Origin: Octopus sinensis
Lineage: Eukaryota
Direction of reading: 5' to 3'
Assembly (NCBI RefSeq): GCF_006345805.1
Contig: NC_043005.1
Coordinates: 101,804,001-101,868,000, forward strand
DNA: 64,000 bases
The notes under the pieces are model-generated. The model did no database searches, was not told where the DNA came from, and saw only the letters and a program-made list of their open reading frames with translations. This document shows, piece by piece, positions 52,634 to 64,000 of the stretch (positions are counted from its first letter, which is position 1; each line of letters opens with the position of its first letter). The position numbers were made by a program, and so were the translations under genes.

Positions 52634-53495
52634 GTGTATATACGTATCTATGTATCTATGTGTGTATGAATATACTTGTTTGTATGAAGATATTTATATC
52701 ATGTATGTGATACTGATATATGTACGCATATCTTTGTTATACGTACACATACATAGATTCACATACAGTTATGCACACGCTCATATAGAGAATGCAAAAA
52801 GAAAGTACCTGCACGTATCTGAATATATATATAGAGAGAGAGAGAATGGTTGTATACTGTCAATCTAACACGAACGTGACAGTAGGGGAGTACACCACCG
52901 CTGTATAGTCCTACAGCGGTGGTGTACCCACCTACTGTCACGTTCGTGTTAGATTGACAGTATACAACCATTCTATCGCCCCTCCACCGTACATGTCTCT
53001 ACGAGATATTTAGAAATTTAGTATTTATATATATATATATAATATATATATATATATATTATATATATATATATAATATATATATATACATATATATATA
53101 TATACATATGTGTATATACGTATCTATGTATCTATGTGTGTATGAATATACTTGTTTGTATGAAGATATTTATATCATGTATGTGATACTGATATATGTA
53201 CGCATATCTTTGTTATACGTACACATACATAGATTCACATACAGTTATGCACACGCTCATATAGAGAATGCAAAAAGAAAGTACCTGCACGTATCTGAAT
53301 ATATATATAGAGAGAGAGAATGGTTGTATACTGTCAATCTAACACGAACGTGACAGTAGGGGAGTACACCACCGCTGTATAGTCCTACAGCGGTGGTGTA
53401 CCCACCTACTGTCACGTTCGTGTTAGATTGACAGTATACAACCATTCTATCGCCCCTCCACCGTACATGTCTCTACGAGATATTTATAAATTTAG

Positions 53496-53500
<5 letters not shown>
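52160..53500 (+). repeat. Three tandem copies of a ~475-bp unit, each containing a ~130-bp palindrome
   Basis: Palindromes at 52375-52505, 52843-52974 and 53317-53448. The units are nearly identical and separated by (TA)n. Confidence 0.92.
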
Positions 53501-53554
<54 letters not shown>

Positions 53555-53982
53555 TTGTGTTTTTGTGTACACAAACACACACACACACACACATATATAT
53601 GTATATATATAATATCCATATTTCTAGATAATTGTATTCAAAAACTGGGAAGAACATAAAATAATCTATAAATATACCGTTAGGGTGACTACATACGCAT
53701 ATTCGCATAGAGACACTCACATGTACACGCACTCATATAAGCTCACAGCCATGCATACATGCTCAGCTGATATTATCTGAAATGCTATAGTTTTTGCTTT
53801 TAGACTTCAACACTCCTAAAGGATATTTTTACTCCTTAATTGTGGACATAATCTCAAATGGTTGAAAATTTTCCACTTACTAAATGAAATGTATGAATCA
53901 ATACTTATCATTAATCATATAAAGAATTCATATACAAAAAACTCCCTCTTGCTGTATATGTACACACACACACGTATGTATA

Positions 53983-54025
<43 letters not shown>

Positions 54026-56137
54026 CTATCTATCTATCTATATATATATATTGAGATTCACACGTACAAGGACAAACACACTTACATTCATACATACGTA
54101 TATACATACACATATAAACACGCGGTTTGAGTAGTCATGTATATCTTGTGGGTATACGGTGAATTTTATATCCAACATGTATGCTCAATCCTTTCAAATA
54201 ACTGTTCATTCATCTTCTCAAATTTACTAAAGAAACCTCTTTATTTAAAATCTTAGATTTGTCCCAAACATGAATTCACTCTGTAGGAATCAAATACAAA
54301 CTACAGTGCTGGATACGACATCAACACTCTCAGAGAAGAATCGAAAGACAGCACTGATAACGGTAAGTAAATTTCTTTAGTTGGGGATACAGAAGAAACC
54401 GTCACTATAACAACGATTTTTATGTTTCTAAAGTGCTGTGAAATAACAAAAAGATTCTTATGTTTCGCTTTATGAAAATACGTAAAATGACTCGGTCGGA
54501 GTTTATGCAGAGTTACATTATTTCACATCAAATTTATTACATCATCAAACGACATTTAAGGAATGCAAATGCTGATTATGATAATTTTATTCTGAAAAAT
54601 AATGAGTGTAATTTTATTCCCCAGTGTGTATAGAATGCATAAATAACATCACATGATCATTCACGTGGACACGCATGTCTTGAACAATATTGATATTGTG
54701 TATCATCAGAAATCAGTTAGCTACTGCTACCATGTTACCCCGTAGTCATTTTGACCTATCTGCAGTTATTACGTCATCTGATGGCAAAGTTGAATGTTAG
54801 TGAGTCTAACAGGAGTGTTGAAAATAAAGCAATACACCACGTGATGAGAGATCGAGGTGTATATACAAGTGAAGTATACGGCTAATGAAATTTTCAAGAA
54901 AAGATTATAGCATTTTAAAGTCTTCCCTTGCATAAACGTCTACTCATGATGTACATTAATACAAAACCATAAGAGTAGATTGAAACGGTGATAAACGAAA
55001 TATCGAATGAGTATTTACAATACCATAATGTCTCTCCATTAGCGATTGTTTATATGCTACAGGAACTTAAGTAATGCAAGACAATAAAAATCTGCCATGT
55101 TGTGTTTAGTAAATAGGAAAAGAAACAGAATTGATCTAATGAGAACTATTGGTTATGTTTCGTTGCTTTTGTATGTAAACAAAGAAATATCAACATTCTT
55201 TATGAATTTAGAGTGAAAAATACATAGAAAAATGTTTGGAGTCAGTAAAAAGAGAATTGTTGAGTATAAATTAACCACTTAAAAGCTGGCAGTGTAAAAC
55301 TTTGTCGTGAGACGAGCGTACTCCAAAGAAAATAAATATCTAAGAATTTAATCAAAACCAATCAACAATCTAAAGTGTTATGAACTAACAATCAATAAAG
55401 ATCATATAACCTCTTTCCCAAGAAATTGCGGGTTTATTGCGGAAAATAATCACCAAGGAGGAGAAAAGGTTTGATGAAGAGGTAGAGTGGTGAGAATATA
55501 TCCGAAAGAAATAATGTCTCTCTGTTGCAGCCAAAGCATACTTGCATCAGTAAAGTATATTTTACTTTCATGTACGATATTAGATACTCTCGGGCATGTT
55601 AACTCAGGCACTCATTTTGGAGAGCACTGATTTTCTAAATCTGTCCTTTTTCAACTAAGCAGCGCTGGGGCCATAGATGGGAAAATTTGAGCTTACAATC
55701 TAGATATAGACCTCCTAACTCTAAATTCCCTTTATTTCCACATAGAATGACGTCTTGCAGATTTTGAACCGGATGTTGTAAATCTTGTTTGCACATAATT
55801 GTAGGGCTGTTGTAACTATTGATAAAGTGCCCAAAACAAATGAAGTGCTCCTCATGATGAAATTATTCAATTTTTTGCAGTGATAGCTGGAAGTATAAAA
55901 GACGTGTGTTTGTGGTTTTCATTTGAGGCCTGCCTGCTTTGCATAAATGTTCAAACTATTACTTTTCATATATAAATGCCCTTTGAGAAAATGACTATAA
56001 ATCGCTCGCTTGGCCAAGATGTATATCTACTGAGTGTTTGAAGTGTCTTAAAGATATTGTATATAAAGAAAAAGGACGCAGTTAGAATTTTGGATCTTGT
56101 TTTATTATCCTAAATTCTGATTACTTCCTTTTTCTTA

Positions 56138-56178
<41 letters not shown>

Positions 56179-56192
56179 TATAATATATATAT

Positions 56193-56481
56193 AGGTTGCT
56201 TTGCCGCATACCGAACGAATTAGAAATAGCAGTCAGAGACTGTTTATTTCTATTTTCTACAAGTGGGGCTCCACATAAGACATAACTCTGTAATTCACAT
56301 GTTTTGCATATGTGAATTACGGGGTTATGTCGTATGTGGAGCCCCACTTGTAGAAAATAGAAATAAACTGTCTCTGACTGCTATTTCTAATTATTTCGGT
56401 ATGCGGCAAAGCAACCTGTTGAATTGTCTATTTTCGGCATATTTTGCATTAGAATTTTTTCTTTTGCCCTTGTTTATAAGT

Positions 56482-56483
<2 letters not shown>
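56193..56483. repeat. ~225-bp palindrome with a one-sided extension, inserted in (TA)n
   Basis: Arms at 56193-56300 and 56310-56417. The extension 56418-56483 matches the palindrome at 58804-58950. Confidence 0.9.
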
Positions 56484-56549
<66 letters not shown>

Positions 56550-56752
56550 TAGATGTGTGAATTTTCCCTTGTTAAAAATTTTTAACGGAAAAAATAGATA
56601 AATAATTACCAGGGTAGCAAAAAGTCACACAAGTAAAAAGGTTATAACTGATTGTTTTTAAAGGTAGAAACTTCGAGTTTACTTGAAATATTTTGTATAA
56701 TATATATAAATAAATAAAAGGAGCTAAGCGCAGGTGTTATTCAAATTCTTTT

Positions 56753-56841
56753 ACTTCCAACGCATGTTTCGAAGATATCACTGGTATTATTCCAAAGGAA
56801 TAAAATGGTGTAAAACAATGTAATCTTCTCTTCAAGGAAGT
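56753..56841 (-). ncRNA. Type I hammerhead, mutated copy
   Basis: ACTTCC-TTGAAGA-GAAGAT...ATCTTC-GAAA-CATGCG-TT-GGAAGT, with a C3-to-U change in the core. Confidence 0.6.
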
Positions 56842-57194
56842 GAAGAAATGAAACTCGTCAATAAGAAATTTTGACAGAAAATTGGATTTATATAGTGATT
56901 AACTGAACGCGATTAAGATTGTTTCAAAAAACGTTATAGGATATAATGTGAGAAGTAGCCAATAGAAAGAGGAATGATAATGGAAAGAAAACCAAATAAA
57001 TGAGAAGTATATGACTATATGTATATTAAATAAAACCATATAGACTTGGAAAAATATATATCTAGTGAATGTGAAATGTAAGAAGAAAATATCCTATAAC
57101 GTTTTTTTGAAACAATCTTAATAGCGTTCAGTTAATCACTATAGATATCCATCATTTTCTGTTAAAATGTCTTATTGACGAGTTTCAATTCTTC

Positions 57195-57283
57195 ACTTCC
57201 CTGAAGAGAAGATTACATTGTTTTACACCATTTTATTCCTTTGAAATAATAAAGTGATATCTATCGAAACATGTGTCGGAAGT
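57195..57283 (+). ncRNA. Type I hammerhead ribozyme with canonical core
   Basis: ACTTCC-CTGAAGA-GAAGAT...ATCTATC-GAAA-CATGTG-TC-GGAAGT: perfect 6-bp stem I, near-palindromic stem III, GUC site. Confidence 0.85.
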
Positions 57284-57329
57284 AAGAGAATTTGAATAAC
57301 ACCTGCGTATAACTCCTTTTGTATATATA

Positions 57330-57379
<50 letters not shown>

Positions 57380-58121
57380 TTATGTATTTATGTGTGTGTG
57401 GGTGTGTGTTTCTGTGTGGTATAATTTGATTTAATATTAGTGAGAAGTACGACGTCGGGCAAAGAGCTAAATACGCATAATAGATATATTTATTTATAAA
57501 AATAATGAGAGTTACAATACTAGTCTTGTTTCCTTGGACAAGTCTTGATAGAATCATTATTTTAATGTGCGTAATTTCGCTTATGTGTACCTGTGTTTGT
57601 GTGTTTTACATGAATTATATACATCCATACATACACACATACAAACACAGACAGTCATACACATATTTATATACTTATATATATATATATATAAACATAC
57701 ATGCATACTCACACACAACTACAAGCATTAGATACAAGCATGTATGCATGTATCAATAATTCTCCAGATGACTGGTCTTTAATGAGGCATTTCCTTCGCT
57801 ATACACCTGTTATTACGATAACTGATGAAGCAATTACCTTATTGATTCCTAGCGTTTGATGTAATTTTCCTATAAACAGGACATAGAATTTAGAGAGAAA
57901 TTACGCATGGAATTGCCAAGACTGATTTCTATCAAATATCTATGGAAACTATATTTTAAACATGATATCAGCGACCTACACTTTGATCTTTCTTAGATGT
58001 CTGTATATACATACATACATACATGCATACATTCCTACATTCCTACATACATACATAGATACATATATATTATATATGTTATACATACATATATATATAT
58101 ATATGTTTTTATATATATATA

Positions 58122-58167
<46 letters not shown>

Positions 58168-58172
<5 letters not shown>

Positions 58173-58370
58173 GGTAATAAAGATTTTAGAAATTTTTACT
58201 ACCAGTGGCTTAGCGTGTAGAAAAATTAGTTAATAGACTATATACTATTCATATAAATACAGTGTACATTTAAACACATAAGGGGTATCCGTTATAGGAT
58301 ACCTTTCACGCTAGAAGGAACAGCTAAAGTGCAAACCACTATTAGGGATAAAAACTCGAAGGGATACTTA
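58168..58370 (+). repeat. (TA)n-adjacent repeat related to the end of the 11500-12640 Penelope remnant
   Basis: AGGGTAATAAA...TTTACTACCAGTGGCTTAGCGTGTAGAAAAA resembles the reverse complement of about 12560-12630. Internal hairpin GGTATCC GTTATA GGATACC. Confidence 0.5.
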
Positions 58371-58384
58371 CATACATAAGTTCT

Positions 58385-58530
58385 GGCAGGTGGCTAGCAT
58401 GTTTGCTTCACAACCACAGGATTCTGGGTTCAATCTGCAGTGTCGCAACTTGGGCAAGTGACTTCCACAGCAACTCCAAAGACTTGTGAATGAATCTGTG
58501 AATCTCGTTGTCGGAGACTGAACGAAGTCT
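58385..58530 (+). mobile_element. SINE family B, decayed 5' half
   Basis: AACCACAGGATTCTGGGTTCAAT...TTGGGCAAGTGACTTC...GAGACTGAACGAAG, followed by (TA)n. Confidence 0.55.
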
Positions 58531-58540
58531 GTATATATAT

Positions 58541-58588
<48 letters not shown>

Positions 58589-58621
58589 CAGCCTATATAT
58601 ATGAATATACATATATATATG

Positions 58622-58715
<94 letters not shown>

Positions 58716-58721
58716 TATATA

Positions 58722-58943
58722 TAATGTAGGATAAAAGTTTTCGAAAATAATTCTATCAATGTCCGCCATATTAAAAATAATTTTAAAGGTTAATTTATAA
58801 ACAATTTATAAGTAAGGGCAAAAGAAAGAAATTCTAATGCCAAAATATACCGAAAATAGATATAACATCAATAACCACGTAATTTATTGACGTTATGTCA
58901 ATTTTCGGCATATTTTGGCATTAGAAATTTTTTCTTTTGCACT

Positions 58944-58950
<7 letters not shown>
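58722..58950. repeat. ~145-bp imperfect palindrome with a one-sided extension in (TA)n
   Basis: Arms at about 58804-58874 and 58884-58950. Same family as 56418-56483. Confidence 0.85.
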
Positions 58951-58994
<44 letters not shown>

Positions 58995-60237
58995 TGACAT
59001 TTAGAAAGAACAATTTCTAAAAAGTACTGCTGTCATCATTTCTAAAAATAGCTAAGCAACAACTACAATTTCTATCCACAGGAATGTATATAAAGGACAA
59101 AATTTAACCAATCAGCCACAGTTGAAACCAATGAACACAACTGTCACCACCATCGTATGAACCTGAAGGTTGCATAAATGCAAGAAATTATACTAGTTCA
59201 ATAAGAATAGACATTTAATATTTCATTTCATTTCTTTTTACTATATTATTTTATATCTTATATTGATATTTGAAGATTATAAATAAAAGGTGGAAGACAG
59301 ACAGAATTGAAAATACTTTGAGTAATATATTCTTCTATACACAATCATACGAACCACTTTGTGTATATATATATGTGTGTGTGTGTCTGTGTGTGCGTGT
59401 GCATACATATATACATATGTGTGTGTGTGTGTATAGATTTAGCCAAAAAGGTAAAAAATCTGGAAAGTTCCCCTCCGAGATTGACGCCTCCACTCTCCAC
59501 GCCACCAATGTTGCCCAATGATAAAGCGAAGGCTGATACTACTTGGCACCGGTGACATCGCAACTCATTTCTACAGCTGAGTGAATTATGTATATACAAT
59601 TACCTCTTTATATACATCAAATATTTCAATGCCATCTTTGCTATTTTGCCATAAACGCCTATACCTACCTACCTACCTACAACCTACCTACCTACCTACC
59701 TACATACATACCTACCTACATACATACATATACACACACAAATACGTATATATATATTTATGTAAGTATGTATGAATGTATGAATGTTTGCATGTATGTG
59801 TATACAAACACACACATACACAAAAATATATATATATATATATATACATACATACATACATAGACATATATATATATTTCTTATATACATTATAATTTTC
59901 CACGTGGGGATAATTGAAATTCCTGTTTTCTGTTGCTACTATATACATATATATATATATGAACGTATATAAGTATAGGTATCAATATAGCAAAGATGGC
60001 ATTAAAATATATAAAGTATATAAAGACAAAATCTTAATTATATATTATTTGAATGCCAAAGGGAATAATTCTGAATCAGTCTGTACAAAATCTGGATAAT
60101 TATACTTTTATCTTAAAGTATCTTATTTTATCTTCATCATAAGGGCACTGTCCGTTACGAGCTTATGGCTTGAAAGTTTTTAATGATGAAGAAAATACAA
60201 GATTACACAATTACGCTTCTCTTATGTTTTATATTTC

Positions 60238-60640
60238 ACCTTTTACTCGTTTTAGTCACTGGACAGCAGCCTTTCTGGGATGGGATACGGCTTTGAAAAT
60301 GTTAGTCTAATAAATCGATCCCCAGTACTTATAATTATAAGACTGATATTTATTCTATCGAACGGTTATTCCGGAATCCCCAAGATACGGTGTCGTAAAC
60401 AAACTAACACCGGTTGTCAAGCGATGGTGGAAGACAGCTACAAACAAAGAAATACAGACATATAGGTATGTGTAAATATGAATCTGCGACGTATTTCTTT
60501 CAGTTTCCTTCTAGGATTTTGTCAACCAGGGGCTATAATAAAAAAAAGACATAAGCACGAGGTGTTACATAGTGTGACTGAACTCGGAATCCTCTAGTTG
60601 GTAAATAAACTTCTTTACCACACAGCCATGCCTGTGCCTA
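60238..60640 (-). mobile_element. SINE family B, old copy
   Basis: CCGGTTGTCAAGCGATGG, TTCTTTCAGTTTCC, TGACTGAACTCGGAA, TTACCACACAGCCATGCCTGTGCC. Confidence 0.7.
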
Positions 60641-60692
60641 CATTTGTTTCTCTTCTATTCTTATTTCTTTTATATTTTTATATTCTTTATTC

Positions 60693-60985
60693 GTGAAGTC
60701 GCAATGCTCCAGTGGTTAGAGCAGCGGATTCGCGGTCGTGGGATCGCGGTTTAGACTCCCAGACCGTTTATTGAGTTAAAACACCTAAAGCTTCACGAGG
60801 CTCCGGCAGGGGATGGTGGTGATCCCTGCTGTATTCTTTTTGCCACAACTTTCTCTTACGCTTTTTTCTGTTGGCCTGCTCGCTTAGCCAGCGGGCTGGC
60901 GTTATTTGAAGGCTAACACAATGCGAAGCGCAGTGTGACCAGCGATGTGTAGCAACATCTGATAGCCTGGTCGGTCACGGTGATA
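60693..60985 (+). mobile_element. tRNA-derived SINE family D
   Basis: Head CAGTGGTTAGAGCAGCGGATTCGCGGTCG...GGTTTAGACTCC and a GC-rich body ending GCGATGTGTAGCAACATCTGATAGCCTGGTCGGTCACG. ATATTCTTTATTC occurs on both sides as a probable TSD. Confidence 0.75.
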
Positions 60986-61427
60986 TTCTTTATTCAAAAT
61001 TGTTTTTGTAGTGATATGAATGACATTTTATAACCAGAAATTTAATTAAGTATCGGGACAAGATCATTCTATTTCCATGTCACTCAAATATCACAATATT
61101 ATAGTAAAGCTAGAGTTCTTTTACGAATTACAATCTTCGGATTCAAAGCTCGCAGATTGCTGTTACTTTCAGATGTTGAAAATGACGATTACCGTCAGTT
61201 ATATGTAGGAAGTCATCAGTGACCAACTCTGTTTGCCCAACAATATAGACGATAGCCACTGCGGCATCCAGAGTTGTCCAGCAGTTACGTCATCATTTGG
61301 AAATCAACCAATGCTAGGGTGATATGTTGATTACCACGGAGAACCACACTGCGAGTGTTGATGAAATCAGGTACCTTAGGAAGATAGGCGATACGTAGAA
61401 CATGTTCAAATCGCGTAATAGTCGAGA

Positions 61428-61680
61428 GATGATGATGATGATGATGATGATGATGGTGGTCGTGACGACGATGACAATGACGATGATTGTAATGACGACG
61501 ATTATGATTATGACGACGATTATGATGACGATGGTGATGATGATAATGACAATGACGACGTTGATGATGGTGGTGATGATGATAGGTTATGATGATAACG
61601 ATAATGACCATGATGATGATGATGATGATAGTGGTGGTGGTGGTGCTGGAAGTGATGGTGATGGTAGTGGTGTTATTGTT
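61428..61680 (+). repeat. (GAT/GAC/GGT)n triplet low-complexity tract
   Basis: Directly visible. It explains the poly-His and poly-Met ORFs. Confidence 0.9.
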
Positions 61681-63554
61681 TAAAAAAGAAAAGTTGAATT
61701 CCATTTAATCCTGAAGATATTTATGGGTGAACTCGCGTCACCATCACATTAATTTCGTCTTCTATAATACTCTCCACAATAATTAATTATAATTATAGAA
61801 TTATTCTGGCAATGAGAAAAGAACATATAAGAAATTCATACTCGAAATAGATCATTAGATATGTATGTAAAGTAAGACATCTTCAACCAAGTATTGAAAC
61901 CGTGAGCTGGCTTTAACTAAGCGGCAGCGTATCTTTCCTCATTCACATCTACATCTGCAAATTATATTATAGCAACACAGAAGAAAAATGGAACAAAAGA
62001 AAGTGAATAGGGAACGAAATTGAGCCTGAATATCAGGTCAATAGTGTATTAATGCCACGTCACCTTTAACCCTTATCTCATCAACATTTTGATACTCTGA
62101 CTCGTTGAAACACTTTATTCACTTTCAATAGATTTCCTTAAAGTTGCTTTTGTGAGAGAACTTCCACTTCTAAAAAGTTTCTTTCATGCCTTCATCAGAT
62201 ATGAACATATCTGGTAAGAGAAAGTTGATCTTTTACTGGCCGGCCATTGAAAGAAGTCAACTTTGTAGTTATTGCTAATTACGAAAGTCAGCTGCTCCGG
62301 TTTTACGATTCTTCCAAAGGATTTTCCGAGGCTACATCTGTAAAGAAAAACAGTATTTACAATGGTATTAAGTATTCGGATAATTGGATGTCAACTACTG
62401 CTGCTGGTGAATAATTCTCCAATTCTGGACGCCATTCGTCATAATTCTCATTACTATTTCTATACATATATCAGTTCAAATATCCGTCGAGGTCAAGTTT
62501 GTCTTTCATCCTTCCGGGGTCGATATAATAAAGTATCAGTCAGCAACTAGAATCGACTTTAATCAGTAATACCCTTCACCTTCTATTAACGTGTACCCAT
62601 GTGCGAAAATGGGTTAGAAGCGAAAATGTCAATATATCATTGGGATAAGAGCCATAATCGGAAAATATAAATTTCTAGTTAATGAAGATGGCAGAGTAGT
62701 CTCAGTATCAACTTGCAGTGAATGCACTTTCTTTACACAATTCTGAAACGAAGAAAATGATGGAAGCCAAATAGACACCCATAAAATGTACAGAAACAAC
62801 ATCTTTGGTAATGGAAGAATGAAGGGAAAAGTAATTCTTACATATGTCTGTATAATCAGGACGCAATGAACTTGGTCGTCCTTCTTGCTTAAATTCACGT
62901 TTACTTTGACTGAGCCAGTCTATATTTAAAGGCATTCCAGCCATGGCCACTGTTGTCTAGAAGTATGTTTATGATTACGTTATTCTTTACCATATTTTCC
63001 CACAACAAAAAGATTTCTGTGCGATTCTGTTGCTATTTCTGGTAGGTCGAGTGACGTAGCAGAGTGAGTCTCATATAATTGGTTAATTTCTGCGTATACT
63101 GGGACTTCCGAGATGAGATCGAACGATATCGATTTCTCGTTCATTTGGGAGTGGATGAAGCAAGAATTTGAGCGAATACTTAGTTCCATCAAGCTCTAAG
63201 TTTTTGTCATCTCCATAGTAACCACCTTTACCTTTCAGCCTATCACCATTAAGAACCACAAATTGAAAACTCAGAAAATAAAAAATACACATACGGAAGC
63301 ATGTATATATATATAAATATATGTGTGTGTGTATAGGGAGGGGTGTCTGAAAATTTTGAATCTGCCTTTTCTTGTTACAGGTATACATATATAGATAGTT
63401 TGCACAATAAAACCCAAGGTTTTATATGTTTCAACCGTTGTCTACACATCCGGTAGGGTCAAATCATTTGAACGTTACACAATGTTTTCTATATTGTGAT
63501 TCACTTGATATCATCTGTTGATTCACATTTTCTCTCTCTCTCGTTCTTTCATTG

Positions 63555-63616
<62 letters not shown>

Positions 63617-64000
63617 TCATATATACTGACATATGTGTATATATATATATAATATATATATATATAAATGACAGAGAAAAAGAAGAAAATGGAGAAATTA
63701 ACATGCAGATATCAGTTTATTTAAATATATTCAAATATGTATGGTGTATATGGGTGTGTGTGTGTATATCTGTGTGTAAATATGTATGCATTTGTGTGTG
63801 TGTGTGTGTGTGTATGTGTGTGTATGTGTGTGTGTGTGTGTGTGTACAGATAGAGAGAGGTGCAATGGCTGAGAAAACTAATGAATAAAATACAAGTATC
63901 GAAATATAGATAGGTGTAGGATTAAAATAACTTTGTATATGACTGCATGAGAAAATCAAGACGAGAGGATGCGAGACTGTAAAAAACAGAAAGCAAAATG

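Larger units (their letters stand above)
56715..57322. mobile_element. Head-to-head inverted pair of ~230-bp hammerhead-bearing units in (TA)n (Penelope pLTR-like)
   Basis: About 56715-56943 and 57090-57322 are diverged inverted copies with a ~145-bp spacer, each with a hammerhead motif pointing outward. Confidence 0.8.

Noticed and set aside
56220-56232. TAGAAATAGCA resembling the Cas9 sgRNA scaffold (similar words near 37130 and 63035)
   Set aside because: Short chance match inside eukaryotic repeats. No cas genes, and no repeat-spacer array anywhere in the window.
57815-57885. Additional hammerhead at CTGATGA
   Set aside because: Stem II is partial, with no GAAA box and no stem I partner. 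At most a decayed relic.
59361-59599. Pro-rich ORF LESSPPRLTPPLSTPP
   Set aside because: It starts in a (TG)n tract and runs into CTCATTTCTACAGCTGAGTG, which resembles SINE family C sequence, so it is probably repeat-derived.
62980-63388. Minus-strand ORFs of 70 and 101 aa as host exons
   Set aside because: No recognisable domain or convincing splice pair, and they overlap microsatellite and repeat-like sequence.

Overview
AT-rich, microsatellite-saturated eukaryotic DNA. The SINE, Penelope and R4 families look like those of an octopus (coleoid cephalopod); this is an inference from repeat content. No host protein-coding gene can be confidently called, and most ORFs in the track are translated (TA)n, (CA)n or triplet repeats. 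The window is a mosaic of mobile elements: a young head-to-head inverted pair of Penelope-like (Naiad-type) retroelements; several R4/Dong-type non-LTR retrotransposons, one of them inside an (AAT)n tract; four tRNA-derived SINE families, some with clean TSDs; deleted Tc1, mariner and piggyBac copies; a mariner fold-back; and non-autonomous Helitron-like elements. The most striking signal is non-coding. Eight type I hammerhead-ribozyme motifs from four sequence families occur in short microsatellite-embedded elements. One of these elements is a repeated composite of a tRNA-like Pol III head, an (AAT)n tract and a minimal hammerhead. A series of asymmetric palindromes in (TA)n copies the architecture of the large Penelope pair at miniature scale.
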